A stretch of 64,000 nt of DNA from Lophium mytilinum (Eukaryota): assembly GCA_010093605.1 (NCBI GenBank), contig MU004204.1, positions 80,959 through 144,958 on the forward strand, in the 5' to 3' direction. Positions 13,207-26,148 of this stretch are shown here, one piece after another. Each line of letters starts with the position of its first letter. The first letter of the stretch is position 1. The position numbers and the translations under genes are program-made. The notes beneath the pieces are model-generated. The model saw only the letters and a list, made by a program, of their open reading frames with translations, had not been told where the DNA came from and did no database searches.

Positions 13207-13772
13207 GCAGTGGAGTAGCGGCGTACAGCGATACGCTGAGTCAAGCCGCATGGTGCTACTGGCCTCCGATCGGCGAATCCTAGTGATGGAAGGCATGCGT
13301 TTCGTCGAGCAGCGGTGGACAGCGAATGACCAAATTCGAAACAAAAGACTGATTAAACTGACCAATGGCTCCCGCTGGCCGGCCCAGCGCGCGGAGGGCC
13401 GTCCAAGTGCATCAAGGAGCGGGCTCCCCGGCAGGCGGTTGCCTATACTAAGCAAGCGGATATCATCCAGCAAGATTTTCCTCGACCTGATGACCCAGAA
13501 CCATGGAAAGACTCAAAAAAAGGACCAGACCCAGGAGATTACACGAGAGACGCACCCGAAGCACCAGACCGAAGGCCGAACGGAAATGCACATATGCCTC
13601 GACGACTCCTCCGCCAAGAGAGAACCGTGTCCAAAGAGCCCCAAGCAACAGACGGCTGCCGACAGGTCCTGCGATCGGCGGATGCTGCATGCAATACTCC
13701 ATTACAACCAAAGAGAGCTGGTATCATAAGCAAGACGCTAATCCGGAAACACGCAGGCTGTGCTCTTGAACC

Positions 13773-14743
13773 TCACAGCTTCCCACCAAAATGCTCTTTC
13801 GCATACGACTCGCACGCCTGTCCACCCGTTAGTTGGCTGCGGGCGACTTCCCAACACGGAAGAATGAGCTCGGCCTACTTTTGCAGGTTTTCCCACTTTC
13901 GTGCCAATGACTTTCCACTTGTTGGCGTCGTACTCCTTGATCGCCGCCAGCAGAGCTGCACTCTATATATCTGGTCAACGAGACACTGCTAATTGCCTCA
14001 GCCGGAAGAGGGACCCACCTCGTCTTCTCCAAACTCGGCATAGTGCATATCCTGGAGACAGTGTCGTCAGCATTGCAGTCCTACAAGTACCATCAATCGC
14101 CAAGTTTGCCCGTACCTTGTACCAGTGCTTTTTCACACTGCCCTCTGTTCGGTGCGGAAAGGTCTAAGGCACAGACATGCAAATCAGCGACCCCAGTTTC
14201 CAACGTATCCCTAGATCAAAAGTGTGGTGCGTCTGTCTCTCGAGTATGTTTGTCTACCTTTGCAATTTCGCTCCAGCTGTTTCCCGCATCTCTCATTTGC
14301 TTCAACGTCTGCTCCTCTTTTGCCGTCCACGGCGTGTTTGTCCGACCCTTCTTCACCACGGGCTGCTGCGGCGGCGGGTCGAGATCCGCCACAGGCGCGG
14401 TGGCCAGGCCATACCCGCTTGACGCGGCGGCCGTGGATGACGCTATAGGCTTAGCCTCGAAGTCAGAGCCCATGGAGGACTTTCGTTTTCTGGAGTTCCC
14501 GGGCGTGGGCGGAGGGCCGAATGCCGAGACGCTTGGATTGGCGGCAGGGAGCGCGTTAGAGGAGTCGGTCGAGATGTACTGAGTCGTGGGAGCGATGGGT
14601 GAGGGTTTCAGGTTGCGCTTCGCAGCGGGCGACGACCTGTGAAACGGAGAGTACCACGTCAGCACTCACGAGGTAGGAGGGGCAGAGAGTGGACTAAACG
14701 GGTCGGGGCATCCAGCAAGTGAGGTCGAGGGGACTCACGACAT
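13773..14743 (-). CDS. Myb/SANT two-repeat protein, about 197 aa (here Myb-B), 6 exons: 14743-14739, 14636-14258, 14163-14116, 14051-14019, 13962-13879, 13817-13773
   Basis: Spliced translation ...KKGRTNTPWTAKEEQTLKQMRDAGNSWSEIAK|TFPHRTEGSVKKHWYK|DMHYAEFGEDE|SAALLAAIKEYDANKWKVIGTKVGKPAK|ACESYAKEHFGGKL*. It shows the W-x18-19-W spacing of Myb repeats, and all junctions are GT-AG and in frame. Confidence 0.92.
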
Positions 14744-17090
14744 GACGGATTAGCCGTCGTTTATGCGGCAGGCGGCGTGGGGAGGTAGGTGGGCTTTTCA
14801 CTTGTCACGTCGAGGGCATCTGCAACCTTTGGGAGGAGGTCAAACCGGTTCACGAGCACTCAGAGTGACAAGCTGCCTGTATTGTGGTGGCAGTAGATCA
14901 TGATGATATTCAAGCAGGCAGATCATCAGTCGGGTGTAGGCGCTGATCCAGTACATGGATACAAGAGAGCTAGGTTCGCAGGCAGGCGAACGAATAGTAC
15001 AGCGCGTGTGGAGGAGGACAGCGGGGGCCTCTGGGGTTCATTGGGGCCGCGGACTCGCAGCCGGCTAGGGCTGTGTGGAGGGTGTTGAGCGGACGCATGA
15101 GGGCGTACAGCTACTTCAAACTCTATACAAAACCCCCAGCAGACAAAGTAGCAGTACCGGGAGGGAGAAAGCGGGGTAGGCGGGCGCAGATGAAAGCGGG
15201 TGGAGCCCTGGTGCGGGATTCGACGACGTCGTCACGCGGACCGCCTTGTTCATGCAAGTGATGCAGCAGGGCAGAAGCAGACGTGCTGGCCGGCCACTAC
15301 AGACTCTCGAGCAGCGCGGTGCGGCGTCGAGGTCAGCTTTGAGTGCAGCGCGGCGAAGTGTTGGCTGGTCTACGGAGCGGTGCCGCTGCAGACAGATATC
15401 GTCAGGCTGCAAGTGCTGCAGCTGTGCAGACTCGCTGCGGCCATCGGACGAACGAGAGCATCGATATAGATGCTGTGAGCAGAAGAACCCCGCCTGCCCA
15501 CATCGTTGGAGTCGTACGAAGTCGTGCTCGTGCTGCTCAGATACCATGCACTGCGCCGCACCGTCTCTCCCACACCCGGCCAGCTTGTGAGAATTCATCG
15601 GCGGGACGAATCAGCTCAGAAGCTAGCAGCATTATCATTGCGCTTTTCCCCGCGGTGGTGTCAGCATACCCCAGCCAGCGGTCGATGCGCCCAGAAGCAG
15701 TGAGTGTTGCAGATGGCGCGGACAGTTCCCTCGAATCACTGCTACAGCTGAGTACGGAGTCCGTATCCACCAACAGTGTACATACGACTACATGCACAGC
15801 GGCTGGCATGCACGTCAGTTCTCTGATCTCGCAGCTGGGGGAGAGCGTAGTCGCGACGATGGTGGTGGTGTTTCCCGCCGCCAAGCCTCTACCGTCCAAG
15901 CGCTGGACTTGACACATGAGGCGTGCCGGAGTGTCAGCCTCAGTGTTTGAGCCGGATTTCAACTCCCCCATCGTGTTAGAACATCGCCGACCGCCTCCAG
16001 CAGCTCTGCGAAGCGCGGGACGGCGCTGTTCCGAGCCATGTTTGCAGTTTGCACCTCTGACAGCCGTTCCAGCTGGTGCCCATGGTTTCGACGGCTCGAC
16101 CGAGTGCTCCTCGACGACGACACCTCGACGCCATCAGACAAGCGGCGCCGCAGAGTACCACCAGCTGCAGTCAGACAGGGCTTTTGAGTGCCATCTTTCC
16201 GCATGCCAGCTCTCCGGTACTCACTACCAGCACAAGCCTCGACATATCGACAACAAGCCTCCCACACAAGGTCCTATTGACAACAAGCTCCGACTAACCC
16301 ACAACCCCAGCGGCAAAATAGGGCCCTCTACAACTCTATCCGCGTTCTGGCCACTCCTTGCGCAGAGCCAGATCCTACTGTTAGCGCCCGCTATCGCCGC
16401 TCCTCTAAGGCTTGTTTCTGCTCTCCCCGCCTGATACACGGCCGCCGCTGCTCCAGCAATCACAGAGCGTGGATTTCCCCCCCTCGTTGCGAGTTTTGAA
16501 ACCCGTTTCTAGCAAGGCTGCTTCGGGGGGCACTTTCATGCACTCGTGCCTCTGATCTGTCCCAGATCCCGTGCCCGCTTCTCCGCCAAGCCGCTGCTCC
16601 GGCCCGATGCGGCATGGTGCGTCTCGCATCGCGGGTTTCCAAAACAGATGGCCCAAGGTGCCGCTCCTCCACCATGGCGACGATCAAAACTTAGCCTGCA
16701 GGAGGGGGTTTGAAAACGCTGTCAACACGCCTTCCAGCCACTCCAATCATCATGCTTTCGCCGCGTAGACCGCCTGCCGCTAGAAGGGTGCTAACTATAT
16801 ATCCACCGTCCCAAGGCCCCGATTGTTGACGCCTCATCCGCTATTGTGCTCTCGGCTTCAGTCTTTTTCTCTTAGCAGCCTTGTAATACTTTCCTTCACT
16901 TCCCACTGGTTGGGCTGCCTTACATTCTTTAATCGACATTGCTGAGCAATACGACTGTTGTGTCTACCGCACACTTAATCCATTCTTTCACATATACCAG
17001 TTTTTGCAATAACGTCAGGCACGAATCCTAACGACTTGAACATTGGACCTCTTTACACAATCTCTACAACACAACAACGAATCAAGCATC

Positions 17091-18147
17091 ATGCTTCATC
17101 ACCACTCTTCTCAGGCGCTCTCTCCTCTGACCGAAGTGGACTCCAACTCGTCTGGCCTCCGGGCACGCAAGATGTCCTCCACAGGCGGCAACAGGTCCTG
17201 GTCTGAGGAAGAGGTGAGTTGAAGCTACAGTTTGGCCCAAGAACATTGCTGACAGCATCAAGGAAAACTATCTCCTTCAGACTCGCATGCAGAAGATGCC
17301 CTATAAGCACATCGCTGCTCACCTTAAGAAGACGGAGTTGGCCTGCCGCCTCCACTACCACCAGCTCTCTCACGGAAGCCATCGCCGCAAGCGGACCGCT
17401 TCTGTCTCTTCCACGGCCTCTTCCCACTCCGCTGGCCAATCTCCGCATCCTCACTACTCCATGCCTAACGACCGCGACGACTATTTGGAGTCATCTCGCC
17501 ACGCTTCTCCGGTCAACTACGCCAGCAATAGCCCTCAAGTCCGTCCGGCTCCTCTCAACACCTCGCCCAATCGCAGCCAACATAAGATTCTCCTCCCTAA
17601 GCCTCGTCCCTTGACACCCCGCCACTCCCCGGAACCCCACAACGCTCTCCGAATCAATACCGCCGACATCCATCACCACAAAGTCATTGACACCGAACGC
17701 CTCCGCGCCATCTACGAAGGTCGCCGTGCACAATTTTGGGCCACTGTCGCTGCTGACTACGGAGCTGATGTTTCTCCTGCCCAGCTAGAGGAAATATGGC
17801 GCACCGGTACGAATATCGCTCGCCCACCTACCCCGGATGCCTCCCCAGATGGCAGCATCATGGCTCATCCCATGTTGAAGCCTTCTCCCTTCGCCTACCC
17901 TTCCACCTCCGCGTCTGCCACCGACCCCTGCAAGAACTTCTCCCCATTCCATAACATCAGCGCCATTTCCGCCCCGGACCGCTTGCCGTTCGTCCTGCCC
18001 ATGCCCGTGCAGACACCCATTCAGGGCCGTCTGTCTCGTGCCTCGACATGGGGATCAAACAGCTCCGGGGGTAACAACGTCCCGATCGCAGCACTCTTGA
18101 CCGAAGATCGGGAACCCAGGGGTGAAGATGCTGGCATGAGGGATTAG
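17091..18147 (+). CDS. Single-repeat Myb-like protein (here Myb-C), exons 17091-17213 and 17263-18147
   Basis: NRSWSEEE|ENYLLQTRMQKMPYKHIAAHLKKTELACRLHYHQL followed by a basic HRRKR patch. Intron GTGAGT...GCTGAC...AAG; TATATA at about 16797. Confidence 0.88.
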
Positions 18148-20120
18148 ATTCCCTCGTCCTCTTTTCATTTATTCACAAGATCTCGGTTTTGATTGAGAAA
18201 GACTAAGACCACCGGTGCGTTTGTGTTTGCTGGGCTATACCCCTTGACTCTACAGATTACTCTTTTATCTTGACGGCCTCCTCCCTATTTCCTTATCTAT
18301 ATTTCCTTCCGTCGTGGTCTCTTTATTATTTTCGTATTCTCTCCTTAAAACACTACACCGTTTCTGGCAAGAAGCCGTGTATTTGGTGGGCTGAGTTTGG
18401 AGTTGTGACACTGTCGCTTGTGATGCTGCGGATATTCTATTGTCATGATGATCTGACAATCCGGATCGTGGGGATTGGGATATGGGGATGCTTGTACGAT
18501 AAGCCGATGATTACTTTTACTTTTACCAGCCCGTCTTTAGACATGGGACCCAGGCAACCATCTGCTGGTGCCGCGCGCACGGCTGGGCTGAAATAGGAAT
18601 TGCTTTATGTTACATTTTTCCTGGCTGCCTTTGCCTCTGTCCCGAATACCATAACTCGGTGACTCGTATTCTTTACCCGGACTACGACATATAAGACACG
18701 GACTTCAACTGGGATGCCAACTGTCGGTATGACCCGTGGAAGTGGGAAGTGGGTTCAGAAGGTCATAGCATTGCTTTCGATATCCGATATACGAACTCTA
18801 GCTTCACAATCAGACACCGCTTTGACCGATGACGAGTGCTATTAGGTACCCGCCATTACCGACCCGGTGGAGAAGCGGATTGGGCCTGCTATACGGGCGT
18901 GGAGGCTCGTACGTAGACAGTAGAATTACGCATCACGTCTGTCAGAGCTTCACGCTTCTCACTCGCTGCTTTGAGAAATTCGTTTATGCAACAGACCCAG
19001 ATACGGTCGCGATCGACAACCGCAGGATCTGTAGAACGGGATAAACCCTGAAGTCGTCCATTGCATGGCCCTTTTCTGCTCGCCGCCGCACGCACTCTTA
19101 TACGGCGAACACTTACAGTAGCGGGGATATACTTTAGCACCTTGCAATACGAGTCGTAATTCCAGCGGGATGATGCCAGGAGCGGAGTGGTGGGAGCTCG
19201 AAAGCAACGACCGTAAAAGCTCGAGCATCGAACACGTCGACATCGTCTAGCCAGGCCCCCACGGCCCCTCGTGAGACTACTCGGGAAGCTGTCATTTGCG
19301 CAGGGCTGACGCTCACGCGCGGGAGCAGATGGGCGGGCATGAACGCATAAAGCCGCGGTGATTTGGGTCGTACGAGGCGCCCATGCGTGGGGAGCTCTCG
19401 GATATAGGCGAGCCCGTTGCATGAAGGGGGCGGCATGGGTGCCCGGCGGAAGGTTTGAGGCGCGGTTGATGTGCCGTACCTGGCTGTTGGGTTCGCGGTT
19501 TTATAGGATCGAGGCGGGGTTGCCGGGTCTTGTTTGGGACCGTCTCCCTACATCATTAGGGCTGGCTGGGATTTTGCTACCCTAAAATCTTTTTCTGAAA
19601 TGTCAGGATTCTCATGTCTACCTTTTCCTCTTGCATCCTCAGCTCTGAAGTCCGATAAAGTGTTGTCTAACCACTGGAAGTATGGTTAGTAGAAGGCCGG
19701 CGTATAGGTAGGTGGATTGGGGCGTGCACTGGATGGGTGAGTTGGTGGGTAGATCAAGGGTTGCGGGGACGATGCTGGTCGAAGTGTTTGAGGTCGTCGG
19801 ATTGGGGTTGTGGCGGTTGGTGCACGTGCATGTGGCGCAGCTAGCGGATCCGGGTAGTGTATGCTCCCGTCATGTGACTCACATCAATTGAGCGGTAGGT
19901 TTGAAAATATTCAGTTCAAGGCGGGAGGACTGAGGGGTGAAGAAGATGTCTAGACTCTAGAATACACAAGAAGCATGTTATTTCAATTTGTGGTTGAGAC
20001 CTTCTGTGATCAAAAACTCCCTTTATTCACATCTCAAGTCCATCCTACCTCCTAGTAGCCGGTAAGATGAGGCCGATGTTCAAATGAATCCGTTCACCCG
20101 CACCCAACATCTATGTCCAA

Positions 20121-20696
20121 TCATTCGGATCTAGCCCGGACGTAGTAGTATCCCCTATCCTTCCTCTTATGAAAGTCGTAGTACGCCTTGTCAAAGTCGA
20201 GAAGCCTTTTGATCCCACGGCAAGCCTTTTCGTGTCCCTTGCCGAAATGGGTCGTCCGACACCGTTTGGAGCAATAGTAGTTCAAGCGACTGCTCGAGCA
20301 CGAGAAAGGAAGATCCGTCTCGTTACAGGCGGGAGCGGCACAGGTAACCGGCGAGGTCGCAGCTGGTAAGGGATGTCGTGTCACACGGGTTGGGACCCCG
20401 TTGACTTCGATTTCGTCGTCCTTAGAAGCTGGATCAGACTTCAAGTCCGCAGCCATGTCATTCGCAAGATCCTCGCTCTTCATTTCGATCACCCACTCAT
20501 TGAAGTTGAGGCTCAGGGTTTTCCCACTAACGAAAGCACCAACCCGGTTCAGTTCATCAATACTAACTTCAAACGATTCCAAACCGTCAGCGGAGTCTTC
20601 TCCCAGCTGTTGCATCGCTTCGACGTCGAATGATCGGCTCAAAACTTTGTTCAGTCTAAATACACGTATAGAAGATTCGTTCAACAGTGTACTCAT
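20121..20696 (-). CDS. Hypothetical protein with a degenerate C-terminal MYND-type zinc finger
   Basis: CAAPAC-x8-CSSS-x4-YCSKRC-x8-HEKAC follows MYND ligand spacing. The first ATG of the ORF is at 20696. Confidence 0.65.
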   Translation of the reverse strand: MSTLLNESSIRVFRLNKVLSRSFDVEAMQQLGEDSADGLESFEVSIDELNRVGAFVSGKTLSLNFNEWVIEMKSEDLANDMAADLKSDPASKDDEIEVNGVPTRVTRHPLPAATSPVTCAAPACNETDLPFSCSSSRLNYYCSKRCRTTHFGKGHEKACRGIKRLLDFDKAYYDFHKRKDRGYYYVRARSE

Positions 20697-21273
20697 CTCT
20701 GCTGACTTGGTTTTTGGGCGTGAGAGTAACACTAGTCTGACGTGGGGATGAACAATTGCCAAAGCTGGGAACAGAAGTAATTAGATTGCAGCTTCAAAAG
20801 AGTCCGATGCCATATCTATGCAGTGCTCAACAGCTCCTTTTGATGGTCAGTGATTGTTATAACTACGTAAAAGAAGTTTCAAGTTTGGACGCTCTGCATT
20901 GGAGCTGCACAAACGATATAAACGAAGACAATGCCACCCAAAACACGTTCCGTATATACACTAAGCGCAAACCTTAGCGGTTTCATTGCTTTAGTCAGTC
21001 TGACTCAAATCGTAGAGATTTCTGACACGTATCTTAAGTACTAAGGCTTCTATTAGAATAGGTCTCATCACCAGGTGTCTCAGTGAGAATGTAGAAGACA
21101 GGAGAAAAGCTGGAAGTGAAGACTCTAAGTAAGTATATGAAAATAAAACCGAAATGTAATTAGTACTGAGTATTATTATCCATCAAAAATCCAAAATTGC
21201 ACTACGACTTGAGTATCTTGCATTCCCACATAACAATCTGGTTCCTAAACAAGTAGCTCCATATCACGGCAAT

Positions 21274-24200
21274 TCATCTTCTTGCAGTTCCACTACCACT
21301 TCCGCTTCCTCCACCCCGCCTAGGACGACTTTCAGACCCACCATAAGCTGGGTTTTGGCCCGCGCCCGGTGTAGACCTGGCAGCCCAACCAGGATTTCCA
21401 CCCATATCCATGGCATCGGGGTTGTGGATATCGAGGTGCGCAGGGACATCTCCGTAATGCGGGATCGCCTCCTGAAGCGACGGAAGGGAAGCGCTATGCG
21501 GTGGATATGGTGCTAGCGGACGCAGCGGCGCCCTCGACTGGGCCTCATATGTGTAGAAGGGCTGCGGGTTGAATTGTGGTGAAGGGGATGGTTGGTACTG
21601 CTGGGAAGGAGAAAGCTGGTAGTGGTACTGGTTCTGCATTTCCTGGGGGTTTTGATGCGGTAGTTGCACACTCGGCATTCTAGATGCTCTGAACTCACTC
21701 ATTGGTTGCGTATTATCCTCTCTGAAAGGCGCGAATGGCGCGGATGGTTGAGGAGTGTAGAACGGCGACACAGGGGGCTGTTGCTGTGGAGGTGCTTGTC
21801 TGGATTGTCGCAAGTCTCGTCCAGCCATGTTCCATCCTAGAGGCTGGAAGCTCTCGGAAACGAAAGACTGCAGGCCTGGGTCTTCAAGAAGAAACATGCC
21901 CGTGTTGCCCATCACCGTGTCTGAAGGACTATGTTCCGATATGTCGAGACCCGGCCGTTTGCAACCCTCCGCAGCACCACTTCCGCTTTCCTCCTCCATT
22001 GCAGCTTCCTGGCTAGCCTCTGCTCTTTGCCATCTTTGTCTCTTTCCTAGCTCTACTAAGCCCCAGCTGACTCTCTCGACTGCGAGGCCTGCCAACTTAT
22101 GTATGCCTAGCTTTTCGAGCTCCACAAAGACAGCATATGCACGCTCGACTTGCGGTACATTGGCCAAGCTCCCTGTTTCGAGGGCGTCAGTGAGTAGGAT
22201 CATACAACTGTTGAAAGCTTGTTGGCCCATGGTCCAGCATATAAGTGCGGCCGGAACGCGATGGTAAAAGAAGAGAAAGGCATCGATAAGAGACCGAGAA
22301 GAGGTAATGACGAGAGAACGACCACGTTCGCCAGCCTTAGGTCTTGCAGACCTAGACTTAGGTTCGGTAGGATTGTCCTTGGTTGACGGCGTCTGCGTAG
22401 GGAGGGGTGGTGGTGGCATGCGGGTTCGATCGGAGGGGCTGTGGTGCGTGATAGGCGCATTTATAGGGGTGAAAGAGGTGTCGGAGACATGGAACGGGTT
22501 GGCTGCATCCTGTGGAGACTTAGGCGGGTCAGAGGTGTCTATCTCAGGCTCGATTCTTTGGCGGTTGAGAAGTATCAGGTAGTTCTGAGTTTTGGCGAAG
22601 AAAACTTTTCAGCGTTAGTAGGACGTACGGTCTTATTCGATTACATGGACATGCATACCTGCCCCCATGGCATCAAGTGGCCACTCCGGGATCTGCTTGT
22701 CCTTCTCCAGCCAGGTTTCATCGAATTGGAGCATCTCTGGAACCGTATCCCATAGGGCAAGTAGTCTATCTGTGAACCAATCGATCTTTGTAACAGTCAG
22801 TCGATCACTGCTAAGGATCTGTCTCGCGAGAACAGTGTATTGGTTTATGTACTCGCTCAGACGCACGATAACCGGGTTAGTAGTCAGGGGTTCAGCGGGA
22901 GGACAGTCTCCAATGCCACTGATTCCGAGCGGACGTCCGAGGGTCATGGAGTATTGCTGGTCCATGTGAAGCATCCACCACCAAAGAGTCTGCCTTATTC
23001 CACATTCTTTTAGGGGCGGAGCGGGGTCGAGATATTTTGGGTTTCGGTGGAGGCCGATGGAGTGAGCGAGGCGGATAGTGGTTCCAAACAGTGTCCAAGC
23101 ATCGAGAAAGCGGCCACTGTTAGTCAAATAAGGTCCCATCATGATGAGTGTTTGTATGCCTAAGAGCGTTGGTCGGTTCATGAAAGAGGCCATACGGAGC
23201 GCTTGCATCGCTGCAGCAACTAGTGCAATGTTAGCATTTCTATGCCACATAATAAGCCTCCATGCAAACTTACTGTAAATATCTCCAAACTTCTTTTGCT
23301 CAGTCTCCATAGCACCTTCCACCCATTTCCCGTTACACTTATCATAGACTCCATTCTGAGATCCTAGAGCTAGGGCGGCAAATATCAAGGCGAGCATATC
23401 GGGGAACATCTCAGCATTGGTTTGCACATCCGAGAGAAACCTCTCGATTTCGGTCGTAGTGATCTCGTCTGGTACGTGAGGGAACGAGCAACTCTGAGCA
23501 CGATGCTGAAATGCATCCAAGTACCGAAACAGGTCCTCTTTGGGAGGTAAACATCGTAGCAAAGCAGGTATTCCCCCATCAGATTGAGGTGTGGCCACTG
23601 CCAGCCACATCGTGGCGAAGGGATACGCCGGCGTGTTTTGAGAAGTATACATGTCTGCTCCTCTCGGCATAGAGTGACTGAGAGAGTGGGACCCAACATG
23701 GAGGCTTGCGAACTAGAATACTATCAGCAACCACAACAAACAAGAAGGGAGATACCCACATCATTGACAATACTGGCAAGCCCTGGACTACCAAAGTATA
23801 GACTCTCAGACTTGTTGTCTTTGAAGCGCTTTTGTTTCACTACGGGCCTCTTCGCTCTCGCTCCTGGCCGATCGCCCAGTGGCTGGCTTGGGGATGGGAC
23901 ATCTTGCTGTTCGTCATCCACTGACTGCTTTGCAGCCCGCAGGCGTTCCTTGAGACGCAAGTTCTCAGCACGAAGCTTTCGGAGCTCGTAAGACTGCAGG
24001 ACAGGCTCGTATGTACTGCCCTCTGCGATGACGAAGTGACATTCTTTCGGCACCCCTCGAGCACAGCAAGAGCTGCAGGGCTTGGTCCGATCGCACTAGG
24101 AGCAGATCAGTCTTATGCCAGCAGCGGAAAGCGTCATTGTCCGATCTGATGATAAGCTTACTTTGACTTTGCGTTCACGGCATCTTGTGCACGAGAGTGG

Positions 24201-24332
24201 TTGGCGGGTTTCTTTCTGCGTCTTCTTTTTGCCAGTGTTCTGGGTTAATCCAGGCCCGTGAATTCCGAGGACATTCTCGGTCGACGAGGATGAGCTAGGA
24301 ATATGCGGCCAGGACGGGCCTTCTTGGCTCAT
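21274..24332 (-). CDS. Zn(II)2Cys6 transcription factor with a fungal-specific TF (middle homology) domain, about 5 exons
   Basis: RQPLSCTRCRERKVK|CDRTKPCSSCCARGVPKEC across intron 24161-24096, plus IRLAHSIGLHR...RQTLWWWMLHMDQQYSMTLGRP. TATATAA at about 24465-24471 on the minus strand. Confidence 0.92.
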
Positions 24333-26148
24333 GATGGACGAGACGGGCAGCAAGTAGTATAGTGAGGGCAAATTAGGCTCTAGTGGATGATGATGTTGGG
24401 ACTATTAGTGGTCTGAGAGGAGATGGTTGGTCGCTCCGAGAAGCAGGACCTAAGGCGCTGATCCTTATATATCCATGATCTTGCCGGAACTGCGGCGCCT
24501 TCTGCTTCTCTCCATTCGAGTAGTGCTCCTTTTTCGATTCCCTTCTCCCACCTACCTCAAGAGTCAGGACATCCCACTGATCTCCGCGCTTACCGACGAG
24601 AATTCCGACAGGCTGGCTCCTTATTGCACACTGCTGCGCAGCGGCGTCACCTTCGAGATCTGACAGCCAGTGGATTCTTGAGGCGCGACTTGAAGGCGCA
24701 CATTCTCATCGGCGAGGTGATGAAGCACTGGGACATGTGTGGCTAGGTATCCAAGGTTGTGAAGGTGGCGCGCGACATGTACCCACCCACCACGCCATCT
24801 TAACGAGCTCCGGATCCGTCATACCGCGTTCTGTTAGCAGATAGCACGGCCGCGGTAGTACAGGAGTATCGCCAAGCCGGGCCAGTTTATCCACCTGGGC
24901 ACCCAGAGACCAAGGATTAGGAACAGGATGGGCAGATCTCTTTGAGATGGCCCACGCTGGCGGGCCGATCCCCCATACTCGGGCGCTAGGGGCCGCAATG
25001 AACGCTCGGCACTATCCGATAGTTCCAATTGCTCACTGCGCAAGCCGAAGGACTTAGAAAAGCCGGAGGCCTCCTTCTGAATGTCTCAAGTCAATGTCGT
25101 TTACAGCTAGTGATAGACAGCTGTCAGGCGTCACCAATCTACGGGGGCCAAGGAGCGTCGTTCCGGGAACCCTAAAGACGCCACTACTCCATGTGCCGCT
25201 TCCAAGTCGCCGTCACCCCGTAGTCCGATCTGGGCTAGATTGCTGATCTCCTGTAGCGGGCGCTTCGATGTCCACTACCTTGGTGGCTGCATCTCAGGGT
25301 CTAGAACTGCCCTTGACATCGCATTCTCGATCTGTCATACAGGGGAAGTATTCCTAATGTCTAAGGTGCTGCATTGAGTGCATCGAGGGCATTGGCATAG
25401 CATTAAGTGATCAGTGAGTATTATTGCGGCTTGATAAATTCAACATCTACCAATATCAAGTAAGAGACGCAGATCCGTGCTGCTCCAAGACTAGCACAAT
25501 AGAGAAGAATATTCCAAATCGACCTGCACCCACGTGCTGGAGCCCGAGAATTGGGGTCGCAAGCGAGAAGATCGGCTGCTACGATTACTCAACATCATGG
25601 CCAATGACGTGAGCCGCGACATGTATTTGGCGAGAAATGACGAGCGAGCCGCATGCGCAATCGTCAAAATAGACACAGCGGAAACGCCTCATTCTACCCG
25701 GCCGACCGGGAACCCGAGATTCCAGTGAGATGCACTTGCATGTCTTAGATACCCGATCGAGCCTTTTGCAGGTAGCTCCGATCTTCCTTTCCCACGTTCT
25801 CTCATAAGAATAACTGGCCGTCGGCCAGCTGTGCGATTCTTGAGGCTCCTTCGCGTACAAAAAGTAAACAACGGCATACGATTCGATCTTAGTGTGTGAA
25901 CCTGATTCCAGCCCACCCAATATCAAGTTCCAGCCCATAACTTACAACCGCACTAACCCATATAGTGTACATGTATTTACAGCTCCCCTACGCCACTAAT
26001 TATCGTACAACATCCATTGATCTTCGTACCACGCTTCCCAAAACATCATCCGGGGACATCGAGCGCGAGCCTAGGCAGAAACCCCCACCAGCTCGTGTCG
26101 GTCGGGATCGATCATCAAGCGCCTGCGCGAGAAATGTGACACCGATCT

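Noticed and set aside
11000..16800. Numerous 60-190 aa ORFs in the Myb spacers
   Set aside because: They overlap in all frames, are Arg/Ala/Ser/Cys-rich and lack domains, as expected by chance in GC-rich DNA.
25410..25728. Possible stwintron or small spliced gene (GTGAGT...CAAG/TAAGAG and a 64-aa ORF)
   Set aside because: Removing the inner intron does not recreate a GT donor, there are no convincing branch sites, and the ORF has no motif.
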